DNA of 63,360 bases, filler included, from a bacterium (GCA_024275095.1; 4 parts of 4 records of this genome joined end to end with filler, not necessarily neighbours in it), one strand, 5' to 3'. Counted from the first letter of the whole stretch, positions 20,382 to 31,027 are shown. A program made the numbers and translations. Notes: generated by a model from the letters alone, not told the origin.

Positions 20382-20780
20382 TCACTCTACTTCCAGCTGG
20401 GCCACAAGAGAGACCACGAGTTCTTCTACCTTATCACGGGTGCGCCTGTAAGCTTCTATATCTCTCTCAAAAGGGTCTGGTACAGGCCTTGTGATTATCT
20501 TTTTACCTGGTAAATTGTGCAAGTTGATATTGTTGTCAAGAAACACGATCAGATCGAACGGAGCCTCATGAAGAACCTCGTCAATGTGTTTGGGACGCTG
20601 TGAAGAGACATCTATCCCTTTTTCAGCCATAACCTTAACGGTTTTGGAAGTTACTCGATTAAGGGGCATAATTCCGGCACTGAAAACCTCTATTTTCCCT
20701 TCGCCGTACTTGCGAGCAAAACCTTCCGCCATCTGACTTCTACAGGCATTTCCAATGCACACGAACAGCAACTTCAACAT
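20382..20780 (-). CDS. LMW-PTP/ArsC family protein
   Basis: P-loop CIGNACRSQMAE, SAG and PDPF. Confidence 0.85.
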   Translation of the reverse strand: MLKLLFVCIGNACRSQMAEGFARKYGEGKIEVFSAGIMPLNRVTSKTVKVMAEKGIDVSSQRPKHIDEVLHEAPFDLIVFLDNNINLHNLPGKKIITRPVPDPFERDIEAYRRTRDKVEELVVSLVAQLEVE

Positions 20781-20792
20781 TTCTGTCTCTCC

Positions 20793-23077
20793 TTAGAAGA
20801 ATGTACCAATTGAAAATTCAAACACCACAGACCGCTCCCCGGGTTTCTTCTTGATGGGAAATCCCCACTCGAACCGGAAGGGAGCAATGGGAGTAAACCA
20901 GCGGAACCCAACACCCCAGCCCATCCTCATCCTGGTAAGGTCAAGTGGTTCATCTTCAGCATAAGCTCGACCTGCATCAAAAAAAATAACACCTTTTATC
21001 CCGGCCTGCTCGAAAATAGGGAACAGCAGTTCTGTATTAATAATAAAGGCCTTGTTGCCTCCGTAAACAACGTCACGGGTATAGGAATAGGGTTCATCAG
21101 AAAGCTCAAGAACTCTGGTGGTGGGACTGAGTGAATTATAGTCGTATCCTCGCACAGTATAAATGCCTCCCACGAAAAAGCGTTCGGAAAATGGCATGCG
21201 TCCCCCGTTGAGCTCATAACCGGCTCTCAATTTGGCACCGAGCATAAACACGAGTTTCCACACTGGATTAAAGTACATCTGATGCCCCACAGTCGTTTTT
21301 ACAAAATCAAAATCACCGCCAAGGTATGTTCCTGCAAAGTGGTAGAGATAATCGTGTACTGACCTTTTTTGGGGTCAAAGGGATGGTCCCTTGTATCACG
21401 GACCAACTCGAGCGACATACTGCTCGTCCATCCACCCTCAAAAAGCGAGGAAAGACCGCTTCCGCTGATGTCAGTAATCCCCACTTTCTCCAGCTTGTAA
21501 GAGATGTAAAAACGTGTGAAATCCGTGATAAGGCGCCCCACGCGAATGACACCGCCGTACGCACGCCTGGTAAAATCAATGTAATTCTGGTCCTGTGCGT
21601 ACATGTCCAGTCCAAAAGACCAATCCGTGTCCAGAAAGTAATTATCCAGAAAAGAAAGGGCGGCATTTTTGCGTCGTGAAGATATCTCAAAATTCATTCT
21701 TACACGCTGGCCGTATCCCATGAAATTCCCAAAAGATGCCTGAAAGGTGCCGATGAAACTTTCGAAAGAACTGAAACCAACTCCTGCTGTCAGTGTACCT
21801 GTGCGTCCTTCTTTAACATCCACAACCAGATTCATCCGCCGTTCACCCTGGGGTCTCGTCTTGATTTTCACCTCTTCAAAAAAACCTGTAGCCATGAGCC
21901 TCTGGCGCGAAAACGCTAGCAAACTCGCATTGTAAAGGTCACCCTCTCCCAGCCTTATCTCTCTGCGAATAACTTTATCACGTGTTTTTGTGTTGCCGGT
22001 GATATCAATTCGATTGATGTAAACAAGTTCACCTGTCTCAATGCGAAAGGTGATATCCACTGTCTTGTTTACGTCGTCAGGACGTATAATTGGCTCCACA
22101 TTACAATACGCATATCCAATATCTTCATACTTGCGCGTGAGGGTCAGTATATCCATTCCCACTTTGGAACGGCTGAACGGTTCACCTTCCTTTGTCTTCA
22201 ATGATTTAATAATTTCAGACCGGCTGAAAATCACATTGTTTTCAACGTCTATTTTTCCAATATAATATTTATCTCCTTCTTCCACAGGAATGGAAATGTA
22301 AATATACTTTTTATCACGGGAGACCTCTACAACAGGCTGGCCCACGGACACACGCAAAAAACCTTTGTCCATATAATAAAACCGAATACGATCCAGATCT
22401 TCAGACAGCTTGTCCACTTCGTATTTTCCCGAGCGGGTGAGAAAGGAAAGAGGCCACCATTCCCTCGTCTGCATAATTCTTTTTATCTCCTCATCAGGAA
22501 TCTGAACATTCCCGGATATAAATATTCGCTTTACACGCACAGGGCTTCCTTCTTTTACGTCGTAAATCACTTCCACGGCATTCTTACCACTATCCTTAAC
22601 CACAGGGTTCACTTCTGCCAGGAAATATCCCTTCTCCTCGTATGCCCGCCGAATAGTCTTTACATCTTTATCAAGGCGTGACTTGTCGAAGAAACGTCCT
22701 TTCTTCAGCTGTAAATCTTTTTCTATATCTTCCTTTTTGACCTTCTTCATGCCCCGAAATTTCACATCCCTCACGTATTTCTTCTCTTTCAACCGATAAA
22801 TAAGAACTACGCCTCCTGTGACAGGTTTCGTATACACGCGTATGTTTTCAAAATATCCCAGATTGTAAAGGGACTTTATATCATTACGCACAGCATCTTT
22901 ATCGAGAATGTCCCCTTCTCTTATAGATATGTACTCTCTTACGAGTTCAGAAGAAATTCGATAAAGTCCTTCTATGATGATCTCTTCGACTTTCTGTTTC
23001 GAAACATCAGCAGCATGGGACGCTACAGAGAACAACACCAGTACCATCAGGATTAATCCTCGGAAAAACTTCAGCAC
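20793..23077 (-). CDS. bamA: Outer membrane assembly factor BamA, split by a 1-nt frameshift near 21337
   Basis: POTRA repeats, GNTKTRDKVIRRE, VRGY and a C-terminal FEFSIGTFF. Adding one T (ACT TTT GCA GGA ACA TAC CTT GGC GGT GAT) joins ORFs 21299-23077 and 20793-21290. Confidence 0.92.
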
Positions 23078-23082
23078 GGTTG

Positions 23083-23772
23083 CTATCCTGCAGAGTGTTC
23101 CATCTTATAAAGAAGTCCGTTTTCCATTTTAAACGTTTTACCCGCTTTAAGCGCCAGGGCTTCATTGTGTGTTACCACGAGTAACGATGCCCTGTATTCC
23201 CTTACGGCTCGGAGAAAAAGGTCGAATACCAGTTTCTGCGTTTCTGTGTCCAGATTACCTGTGGGCTCGTCCGCGAGCACAAGAGCAGGATTGTTCACCA
23301 GAGCTCTGGCTATAGCCACGCGCTGCTGTTCGCCTCCCGATAGTTCGCCTGGCTTGTGTTCCAGTCTCTCTCCCAGCCCAAGATATTCCAGAAGTTCACC
23401 TGCGCGTACAAAAGCCTCCTTACGGGAAACGCCGGCAATAAGTGCAGGCATGGCCACATTCTCCAACGCTGTAAATTCAGGCATAAGGTAGTGAAACTGA
23501 AAAACGAAACCGATGTGACGATTCCGAAATTCATCGAGTTCACACTCGTTCATAGCAGTGATATCCTCTCCCCTGAAAAGAATCCTTCCCCGAGTGGGAC
23601 GATCGATGGCACCAACAATCTGAAGTAATGTGGTCTTACCCACGCCTGAGACGCCCACGATACTGACCGTCTCCCCTTCTTCCATGGAGAAATCAATCCC
23701 TTTCAGTACCTTTAACGTTCGGTTCCTTATGCAAAATTCTTTTTCCAATCCTATAACCTTTAACAAGCTCAA
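23083..23772 (-). CDS. lolD: LolD-type lipoprotein-release ABC ATPase
   Basis: Motifs GVSGVGKT, IGFVFQFHYL, LSGGEQQR and LADEPTGNLD. TTG start at 23772 after GGAGG. Confidence 0.8.
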   Translation of the reverse strand: MSLLKVIGLEKEFCIRNRTLKVLKGIDFSMEEGETVSIVGVSGVGKTTLLQIVGAIDRPTRGRILFRGEDITAMNECELDEFRNRHIGFVFQFHYLMPEFTALENVAMPALIAGVSRKEAFVRAGELLEYLGLGERLEHKPGELSGGEQQRVAIARALVNNPALVLADEPTGNLDTETQKLVFDLFLRAVREYRASLLVVTHNEALALKAGKTFKMENGLLYKMEHSAG

Positions 23773-23855
23773 AGGGAAACCTCCTGTTGAAGGTTGCCCG
23801 TTGAAGTTACATCCAACTGGCTCGAAATTCAAGGCTACATGTTACCAATCTCACC

Positions 23856-23884
23856 TTGACCAGGCTACACCACCTTTTTACAAT
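23856..23884 (+). promoter_or_regulatory. sigma70-like promoter (leaderless)
   Basis: TTGACC-17 nt-TACAAT, then 6 nt to ATG 23891. Confidence 0.7.
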
Positions 23885-23890
23885 GAGAGC

Positions 23891-24796
23891 ATGACTCACG
23901 ACCACAAGGATGAAGTTTTTCCAGCCCAAAGACGTGCACTCATTATTGCACTTGTGATCAATTTTCTGTTTCTCGTTGTTGAGTTCGTAGGGGGACTGCT
24001 TACCAATTCCATGGCACTCATTGCAGATGCAGGGCACATGCTTACAGACGTGATGGCACTGGGTGTAGCACTGTTTGCCCTCAATATTTCCAGGAAGCCG
24101 CCCACGCTTCAGAAAACATACGGGTTCAGGCGTGCAGAGATCATCGCCGCATTTATTAACGGACTTACACTGTGGTTGATTGTTCTCGTCATCATATACG
24201 AGTCGTTTGAACGATTTTTGCACCCACCTGATGTAAAAACCACCGAAATGCTCATCATCGCCATACTCGGGCTTGCTGCCAATGTAGGGAGTTCAATAGC
24301 CGTGTTGCGCCATGCACACGAAAATCTCAACATCAAAGGCGCATTCCTGCACCTCGTGGCAGACGCGCTGGGATCAGTAGGAGTTATCGCTGGTGCAATA
24401 ATTATTTTGCTTACAGGCTGGATGGTGGTTGATCCTATCATCAGCGTACTTATCTGTGTGCTCATTGTGGCAGGGAGCATCGACATTATTAAAGAATCTC
24501 TCAACATTCTCATGCAGGGGACACCTCCCGAACTTGATCTCTCGGCACTAAAGGCGGACCTTCAGGAACTTGAAGGTGTCAGGGATGTTCACGACATGCA
24601 CGCCTGGGCGTTGTCGCGTGGACTTAATGCACTGAGTGCACACGTGGTTGTAGAAAAAGAAGTGAATCATGAAATACTCCTTTCCCAGATTGTAAAGCTG
24701 GTCACTAGTAAGTACCCTGTACATCACGTGACGATACAGATGGAAACCACAAACATTCAGCCTCTCATATGCACCGATTGTGGTGCACCTGTCTAA
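23891..24796 (+). CDS. Cation diffusion facilitator (CzcD/ZitB-like)
   Basis: Motifs ALIADAGHMLTD, TYGFRRAE, GAFLHLVAD and HDMHAW. Real start is likely MTHDH. Confidence 0.92.
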   Translation: MTHDHKDEVFPAQRRALIIALVINFLFLVVEFVGGLLTNSMALIADAGHMLTDVMALGVALFALNISRKPPTLQKTYGFRRAEIIAAFINGLTLWLIVLVIIYESFERFLHPPDVKTTEMLIIAILGLAANVGSSIAVLRHAHENLNIKGAFLHLVADALGSVGVIAGAIIILLTGWMVVDPIISVLICVLIVAGSIDIIKESLNILMQGTPPELDLSALKADLQELEGVRDVHDMHAWALSRGLNALSAHVVVEKEVNHEILLSQIVKLVTSKYPVHHVTIQMETTNIQPLICTDCGAPV

Positions 24797-24811
24797 TTAA
24801 AGATAGGTACT

Positions 24812-24971
24812 ATGCCGATCATCACACTGCTTACTGATTTCGGGCTTCAGGATGAATATGTGGGTGCGATGAAAGGAATTATTCTTTCAATCTCTCCAGA
24901 AGCTACAATCGTTGATATTTCCCACATGATTGAACCAGGAGACATACTTCATGCTCAATTTCTCCTTCAAA
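24812..24971 (+). CDS. SAM hydrolase / SAM-dependent halogenase (DUF62) family, partial
   Basis: IITLLTDFG..D.YVGAMKG...VDISH; truncated by the assembly gap. Confidence 0.85.
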
Positions 24972-25071
24972 NNNNNNNNNNNNNNNNNNNNNNNNNNNNN
25001 NNNNNNNNNNNNNNNTTAATTAATTAANNNNNNNNNNNNNNNNNNNNNNNNNNNNNNNNNNNNNNNNNNNN
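24972..25071. other. Artificial assembly spacer
   Basis: N-run with a TTAATTAATTAA all-frame stop linker, 100 nt. Confidence 0.98.
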
Positions 25072-25374
25072 ACTCAAAAAACACCGAACCAAAACACCGC
25101 CTTATATTCCGACTGAATTCTGGAAAAGGTGTGCGATGTCCATCATGCCCTTTCTTTTCGCTTTGCCGGCTCTGTGGTGCGCCGTCTTTTTTGGGGAAAG
25201 CTGGAAGGAAAAGGCGGGCTCGCGTGGGCTTTTCTGCTGTTCTCATTCTATGTAGGCTTGTCCATCGGGAAAAAGTTAGGATATGCAGGTATATTCCCAC
25301 CACTCGCCTTCATCCTGCCTTCTCTTATCTCTTTGCCGTTTATCTTCCTGTGGAAAAGGGTGGTATTCCGGTGA
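25072..25374 (+). CDS. LptF/LptG-family permease C-terminal part (partial, apparent frameshift)
   Basis: TEFWKRCAMSIMPFLFAL in one frame continues as FYVGLSIGKKLGYAGIFPPLAFILP in another; lies directly upstream of a second LptF/G gene. Confidence 0.55.
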
Positions 25375-26477
25375 AAACTCTTCAGAAGTACATTATCACC
25401 CGCTTCGTCCTTGTGCTGGTAGCATGTGAAATAACACTTACAGCTTTGTTTGCAGGAATAGATATTGCCGAGCATATGGAGCTGTTTAGAACATCTTCAT
25501 TTCAAACAGTGATCAAGTATTACCTCTCTCTTTCCGTTGTAATTATTACTGCGGGAATACCAATAGCAATAGCCGTTGCTGCAGGAATTACTCTAATGGC
25601 CATGAAAAAGCGGGGTGAATTGGGAGCTGTATTTACAGCCGCGGTGTCCCCTTCCATGGTTGTAGAAGCCTTCAAACGCGCAAGTTACGTGATTATTCTG
25701 TTAACACTTCTTTCTTTCGAGGTTCTGGTACCCCCGGCAATGAGCCTCGTCACCTCTCTCATTGCTCGGGAAAATCCTCTGAAAATTCAGGAAGGTGCAC
25801 CTGTTGCCATTTTCACAGGGAATACACTCCTATTCTCCACAAGTGTTCAGTACGAAAAGGCAATATTGAAAGACGTCATTGTCATTGAAGGATTCTTTGA
25901 TCCCATTCCTGAAAACCTCTATGTTTCGCCTCAAGGGTTGCTCGAAGGAGGAACCATCATTCTCCACGATGTGTACAATTTCAGTACCTCTACAACCTCA
26001 ACCACTCGAGTAATTCAGGCAGAAGTGCACGATCCACTTGCCGGTAAAAGCGGGGTGCTTGCAGCGCTTACACATTCGACTTATGAATTAGCCAACCTCA
26101 TGAGTGCATATACACCAAAGGACATACTGTTCAGCCGTTATACCGCATTCATCATGTTTCGCCTGATTTTTCTCATTTTAATTCTGGTGATATGCACAGG
26201 GGCAGTGAAAATAAGCATACGCTCCCCGATTTTTGATACCCTGGATATCAGTGCATGTACCATTTCTCTTCTCATATTCATGGTCATAGGTATATGTACA
26301 GCAGCTTTACCCTTCATATTTCTTTCAGCGCGACCTGGTATCCGAATTACAGGATATGTGTTGTCATTCACGATACTCTTTTCTCTACCCGCAATCGCTT
26401 CGCTCCTCTATCATCTGGTATCTGGTACATCACAGGTAATCTCCGGAAGAATCCCTTATCCTTCTCCAAGAAGCTAA
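25371..26477 (+). CDS. LptF/LptG-family permease
   Basis: GTG start (VKTLQKYII..F), 3 TM + periplasmic region + 3 TM layout, and MKKRGELGAVFTAAVS. Confidence 0.65.
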   Translation: MKTLQKYIITRFVLVLVACEITLTALFAGIDIAEHMELFRTSSFQTVIKYYLSLSVVIITAGIPIAIAVAAGITLMAMKKRGELGAVFTAAVSPSMVVEAFKRASYVIILLTLLSFEVLVPPAMSLVTSLIARENPLKIQEGAPVAIFTGNTLLFSTSVQYEKAILKDVIVIEGFFDPIPENLYVSPQGLLEGGTIILHDVYNFSTSTTSTTRVIQAEVHDPLAGKSGVLAALTHSTYELANLMSAYTPKDILFSRYTAFIMFRLIFLILILVICTGAVKISIRSPIFDTLDISACTISLLIFMVIGICTAALPFIFLSARPGIRITGYVLSFTILFSLPAIASLLYHLVSGTSQVISGRIPYPSPRS

Positions 26478-26560
26478 AGCTCCTCAGCAGCTCCTGAGTC
26501 ACTTTCAGCACGAAACCGAACTGTGGTAATATTCTCAATCATTTCCGCGCGAGGTAAAAA

Positions 26561-27622
26561 ATGAAAGCTCTGGTTCTCAGTGGGGGCAAGGGCACGCGAT
26601 TGAGACCCATCACGCACACCTATGCGAAGCAGCTTGTGCCGGTGGCTAACAAACCCATTCTCTTTTACGTGCTTGAAAACATTGCAAAACTAAACATCAA
26701 AGACGTTGGAATAATCGTCGGCGACACAGGAGAAGAAGTCAAAGCAGCGGTCGGTGACGGCAGCAGGTGGCACATTTCTGTTACATATATTTACCAAGAC
26801 CAACCCCTGGGGCTGGCTCACGCAGTTAAGGTGGCACAACGCTTTCTCCAGGATGAACCGTTTCTCATGTACCTGGGAGATAACATTCTGCTCGAAGACC
26901 TCTCCCCGCTGGTACAGAAATTCAACAACTCGTCTCCCAATGCGATCATATTACTCACAGAGGTTGCCAACCCAAGCGAATTCGGTGTCGCCACTCTTAA
27001 CGAGAAAGGAGAGGTCATTAAACTGGTGGAGAAGCCTCGCGAACCCGAAAGCAACCTTGCACTGGTTGGAGTGTATCTTTTCGACAGGCACGTACACAAA
27101 GCCATCGAGCATCTGAAGCCGTCCTGGAGAGGGGAGTTAGAAATCACCGATGCCATTCAATGGCTCATTGACAACAACTTCCGTGTGGAATCACATATTG
27201 TCTCGGGATGGTGGAAGGACACCGGTAAGGTAGAAGACCTGCTCGAAGCCAATCGGATTATTCTCGATACCCAGACAGACTGCATAAAAGGTGAACTTCA
27301 CAACAGCACTGCTGAATTCAAAGTCGTTATTGAAAAAGACGCTGTAGTTAAAGGCAGCAAAATTCGTGGACCGGCCATTATCGGAAAAGGCGCACGCATT
27401 GTGGATTCCTACATAGGGCCTTTCACTTCTGTTGCCCCGGGAGTTGAAATCGTCAATTCTGAAATTGAACACAGCATCATTATGGAAGGGTCACGCATTG
27501 TGAATGCAGGGCGTATTATAGACAGCCTCATCGGTCGCGAGGTGATTATTCAACGATCACAAAACCATCCACGGGCTCACAGGTTTATTGTAGGCGATCG
27601 CAGTGACATAGAACTTCTGTAG
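26561..27622 (+). CDS. rfbA: Glucose-1-phosphate thymidylyltransferase (long form)
   Basis: Motifs LSGGKGTRLRP, KQLVPVANKP, PSWRGELEITD and WWKDTG, plus a C-terminal hexapeptide region. Confidence 0.95.
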   Translation: MKALVLSGGKGTRLRPITHTYAKQLVPVANKPILFYVLENIAKLNIKDVGIIVGDTGEEVKAAVGDGSRWHISVTYIYQDQPLGLAHAVKVAQRFLQDEPFLMYLGDNILLEDLSPLVQKFNNSSPNAIILLTEVANPSEFGVATLNEKGEVIKLVEKPREPESNLALVGVYLFDRHVHKAIEHLKPSWRGELEITDAIQWLIDNNFRVESHIVSGWWKDTGKVEDLLEANRIILDTQTDCIKGELHNSTAEFKVVIEKDAVVKGSKIRGPAIIGKGARIVDSYIGPFTSVAPGVEIVNSEIEHSIIMEGSRIVNAGRIIDSLIGREVIIQRSQNHPRAHRFIVGDRSDIELL

Positions 27623-27631
27623 GAGGAGCAT

Positions 27632-28093
27632 ATGGAACTTATCCACGGAGTAAAGGTCAAAAAACTCAGGGTTATTCCTGATGAACGCGGACGACTTATG
27701 GAAATGCTCCGTGCAGATGACGACTTTTTCATCAAATTCGGACAGGTGTACATGACAACGGTTTACCCGGGAGTGGTAAAAGCCTGGCATTATCACCGAA
27801 TTCAGTACGATAACTTTTGCGTTGTAAAAGGCATGGTCAAGCTCGCCCTTTATGACGACCGTGAAGGGTCTCCTACCCGTGGAAAAGTAAATGAATTCTT
27901 TATGGGAGAGTACAACCCCATCCTCGTCCACATTCCTCCACTGGTGTATCACGGTTTTAAAGGAATTGGAATAAAAGAAGCGATTGTTATCAACATCCCC
28001 ACTGAACCGTACAACAGAGAGACCCCCGATGAATACCGCATTGATCCTCACGACAACGAAATTCCATACGACTGGGCCAGACGAGACTACTGA
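27632..28093 (+). CDS. rfbC: dTDP-4-dehydrorhamnose 3,5-epimerase family
   Basis: Cupin motifs DERG, KAWHYH and VYHGFK. Confidence 0.88.
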   Translation: MELIHGVKVKKLRVIPDERGRLMEMLRADDDFFIKFGQVYMTTVYPGVVKAWHYHRIQYDNFCVVKGMVKLALYDDREGSPTRGKVNEFFMGEYNPILVHIPPLVYHGFKGIGIKEAIVINIPTEPYNRETPDEYRIDPHDNEIPYDWARRDY

Positions 28094-29121
28094 TGGCTGA
28101 AAAAACTTTTCTGGTTACAGGTGGAGCGGGATTTATAGGGTCTAACCTCGTGCATTTTCTCCATCGTGAAATAAACGATGCGACCGTAATCAATCTTGAT
28201 GCTCTTACTTACGCGGGCAACTTGGAAAACCTGCAAGGTCTGGAGAATTCTTCGAGATACCACTTCATCCGGGGAAATATATGTGATGGTGATACTGTCA
28301 AAAAAATTCTTGAAGAGTGGAAACCAGGCGTCATATTTCATCTTGCAGCAGAATCCCATGTGGACAGAAGCATCCTTGACCCGTCTCCGTTTATACGAAC
28401 GAACGTAGAGGGCACACAGGTATTACTTCATGCCGTGTTGGAAATTATTCCGGAGGCACGGTTTGTATACGTCTCAACCGATGAAGTATACGGCGATGCT
28501 GAACCAGAGGAATTTTTTACCGAGACAAGTCCCCTCAAACCATCAAGTCCTTACTCTGCATCCAAGGCAGCGGGAGACATGCTGGTGAGTGCATACGTAA
28601 GAACGTATGGATTAAATGCAATAACCGTACGGCCCTCCAATAACTACGGTCCATACCAGTTCCCCGAAAAGCTTATACCACTTGTTATTACCAGTGCTCT
28701 TGAAGAAAAACCCATACCTGTTTACGGAGATGGCAAGCAGGAAAGAGACTGGATTTACGTTGAGGACACGTGTCGCGGCATCTACGCCGCTGCAATGAAG
28801 GGAAATCAGGGTGAAGCATATAATATCGGCAGCGGGCGACCTCGGCACAATCTTGAAGTCGTACAAACCATTCTTGATATTCTTGAAAAACCACACTCCC
28901 TCATTACTCATGTGAAGGATCGTCCAGGACACGACAGGCGCTACGCCATGCGCATAGACAAGGCACGACAGGCTTTGAACTGGGAGCCTCTTACTTCTTT
29001 CCAGGAGGGGCTCAGGCAAACAGTGAACTGGTATTTGAACAACCGTGATTGGTGGATACGTATTAAAAGTGGAGAGTATCAGGAATACTATGAAAAACAA
29101 TACGGGCACCGGCTGAGATAA
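28093..29121 (+). CDS. rfbB: dTDP-glucose 4,6-dehydratase
   Basis: Motifs GGAGFIG, AAESHVDRS, STDEVYG, YSASK and DRPGHDRRY. Confidence 0.95.
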   Translation: MAEKTFLVTGGAGFIGSNLVHFLHREINDATVINLDALTYAGNLENLQGLENSSRYHFIRGNICDGDTVKKILEEWKPGVIFHLAAESHVDRSILDPSPFIRTNVEGTQVLLHAVLEIIPEARFVYVSTDEVYGDAEPEEFFTETSPLKPSSPYSASKAAGDMLVSAYVRTYGLNAITVRPSNNYGPYQFPEKLIPLVITSALEEKPIPVYGDGKQERDWIYVEDTCRGIYAAAMKGNQGEAYNIGSGRPRHNLEVVQTILDILEKPHSLITHVKDRPGHDRRYAMRIDKARQALNWEPLTSFQEGLRQTVNWYLNNRDWWIRIKSGEYQEYYEKQYGHRLR

Positions 29122-29132
29122 CACCCGGCAGA

Positions 29133-31013
29133 TTGAAACTCAACGTCAAGAACATCATACTGGCTCCCCTTCAAGCGGCCAGAAAATCACCTGTCGTTGT
29201 TGCATTTCTGGCTCTGGTTCTGGTTATGCACGTTTACTTTTACACAGCCAATGGGATTAAACCCGTGGAACAGGCCATGCTCTCCGACACGGCGCTCCTG
29301 GTCGGTCTTTCCTTTCTCATATCCGCCTTCGGTAGACTCGCCGGTACAGTCACAGCCTTAGCCACCGGCTCGCTCATAACTATTGTGATACTGACGAATA
29401 CGGTCTACTATCGATTTTTCCACCGTTTTCCGCCTCCGGGAGCCGTCAAGCTCCTGCCAATGCTGAAACAAGCGGGGGACGCGCTGGCGCGAGGGGTCCG
29501 TCCTTACGAGTGGATAATCCCGGCGCTACCTCTGGCCATTCTGGTGGCCTACTTTGTCTTCCCCAGAAACTCCCTGCAGGGGTCCCCGCATTCGAGGTTT
29601 AAAAAGATTTCAATTTCAGCGCTGTTACTGGTTGTGTGGAGTACACTCGTACTTTCGACATCCCACGCAATATACAAAAAACAGTGGTTCGCCGGAGACG
29701 ACCTCTGGATCGCCCGCAAAACAGGACCCGAGGGCTTTCACTTGTACCAGCTATACCAACACATCAGGACCCGACCTCGACCAGTGCTCCCTGAAGAAAA
29801 GGAGTTCATACAAACGGAACTCGAAAGAAAAGCCTCTCTCCCGGCACACCCACGCTTTGCTGCATTGAAGGGTATATGTCGCAAATGCAACATCATCATT
29901 GTTCTTGTGGAATCATTGCATAGCAATGTAATTCAGGCAAAAGTCAACTCTCAAGAAGTAACCCCTTTCCTAAATCTTATGGCGGAAGAAAGCTTTTATT
30001 TTCCCTGGATTTTCTCTGTACTCGGTCCGGGCAATACTTCCGATGCAGAATTCAGCCTTAATACAGGGCTGTATCCCCTTGCAAACGAGGCTGTTTATAT
30101 CAGTTACCATCGCCGAAAGTTCAATGCTCTGCCCCGCTTTCTCAAAACTATCGGATACTTTACTGCTGTCTTTCACGCGTTTGACCCTGCATTCTGGAAC
30201 CGCATGCGTATATACCCCCAACTTGGCTTCCAGAAATTCTTTTCTGTCAAGGACCTCAAAACTGCACCGGAAGACGTAATAGGATGGGGGTTGGGCGACA
30301 GACCCTTTCTGGAACAGGTGGTGCAGCACCTCAAAACACTGCCCCAGCCTTTCTACACCATGCTCATAACGCTTTCCTCACACGTCCCATATCGAATTCC
30401 ACGACCCCTTCAAGGCATTAATATTCCCCCTGAAATTCAGGACCCGACGGCGAGTTATCTCCAGGCGATACACTATACAGACAGGGCACTTGCCCGCTTT
30501 GTGAGCCTCCTCAAAGTCAATGGACTTTACCATAAAACTCTGCTCGTTATCGTCGGTGACCACGGACCACTTCTCGTAAGTCCCGAAGCTCTGAAGAAAC
30601 TGAAAAATAAAGGCACAGCACCAGATTCTTTTTCTTTCTTTCATGTGCCGCTCTTCATTCATGTTCCCACCGCGTCCAACCCGGAACGCATCACCCGTGT
30701 GGGAAGCCTCAAAGACATTCCGTCCACCCTGCTATTTCTTCTGGGTGAAGAAAAGAAATTCCTGTCTCTTGGAGAAAATCTCTTCTCACAAAGTGAAGGA
30801 TTCGTGCCGTTTCGGAGATATGTAAAATCCGGGAGCTGGCTGTCAAACAAAAAATATTTCACGGGGGGCAAATGTCATTCGTTTCCAGGGGGCGAATCCC
30901 TTGCTCCTGGAGAATGCGAAGAGGGGATCAAACGTGCCCACCAGGAGTTAAACATTTCGGATGCTATTATTCTGAAAGATATTACCTTTTATCCAGAACC
31001 AAATCCCAAATAA
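29133..31013 (+). CDS. LTA synthase (LtaS/MdoB) family membrane phosphoglycerol transferase-like protein
   Basis: About 5 N-terminal TMs, VES, GNTSDAEF...GLYP, FWNR, TLSSH.PY, HYTD and GDH. Confidence 0.85.
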   Translation: MKLNVKNIILAPLQAARKSPVVVAFLALVLVMHVYFYTANGIKPVEQAMLSDTALLVGLSFLISAFGRLAGTVTALATGSLITIVILTNTVYYRFFHRFPPPGAVKLLPMLKQAGDALARGVRPYEWIIPALPLAILVAYFVFPRNSLQGSPHSRFKKISISALLLVVWSTLVLSTSHAIYKKQWFAGDDLWIARKTGPEGFHLYQLYQHIRTRPRPVLPEEKEFIQTELERKASLPAHPRFAALKGICRKCNIIIVLVESLHSNVIQAKVNSQEVTPFLNLMAEESFYFPWIFSVLGPGNTSDAEFSLNTGLYPLANEAVYISYHRRKFNALPRFLKTIGYFTAVFHAFDPAFWNRMRIYPQLGFQKFFSVKDLKTAPEDVIGWGLGDRPFLEQVVQHLKTLPQPFYTMLITLSSHVPYRIPRPLQGINIPPEIQDPTASYLQAIHYTDRALARFVSLLKVNGLYHKTLLVIVGDHGPLLVSPEALKKLKNKGTAPDSFSFFHVPLFIHVPTASNPERITRVGSLKDIPSTLLFLLGEEKKFLSLGENLFSQSEGFVPFRRYVKSGSWLSNKKYFTGGKCHSFPGGESLAPGECEEGIKRAHQELNISDAIILKDITFYPEPNPK

Positions 31014-31027
31014 AAAATTACGGGCAA

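Noticed and set aside
23630-23890. ORF-track N-terminal extension of the CDF transporter (similar extensions at 4997, 6991, 12187, 12200, 25131, 39987)
   Set aside because: These overlap neighbouring genes or promoters; downstream starts fit the family N-termini better.
24812-24971. Fluorinase/chlorinase implying halometabolite synthesis
   Set aside because: Only 53 residues are visible, and most DUF62 members are SAM hydrolases; the two cannot be distinguished here.
25180-25220. Programmed frameshift in the lptF-like gene
   Set aside because: It is near a contig end within homopolymer runs, and the similar bamA lesion points to sequencing error.
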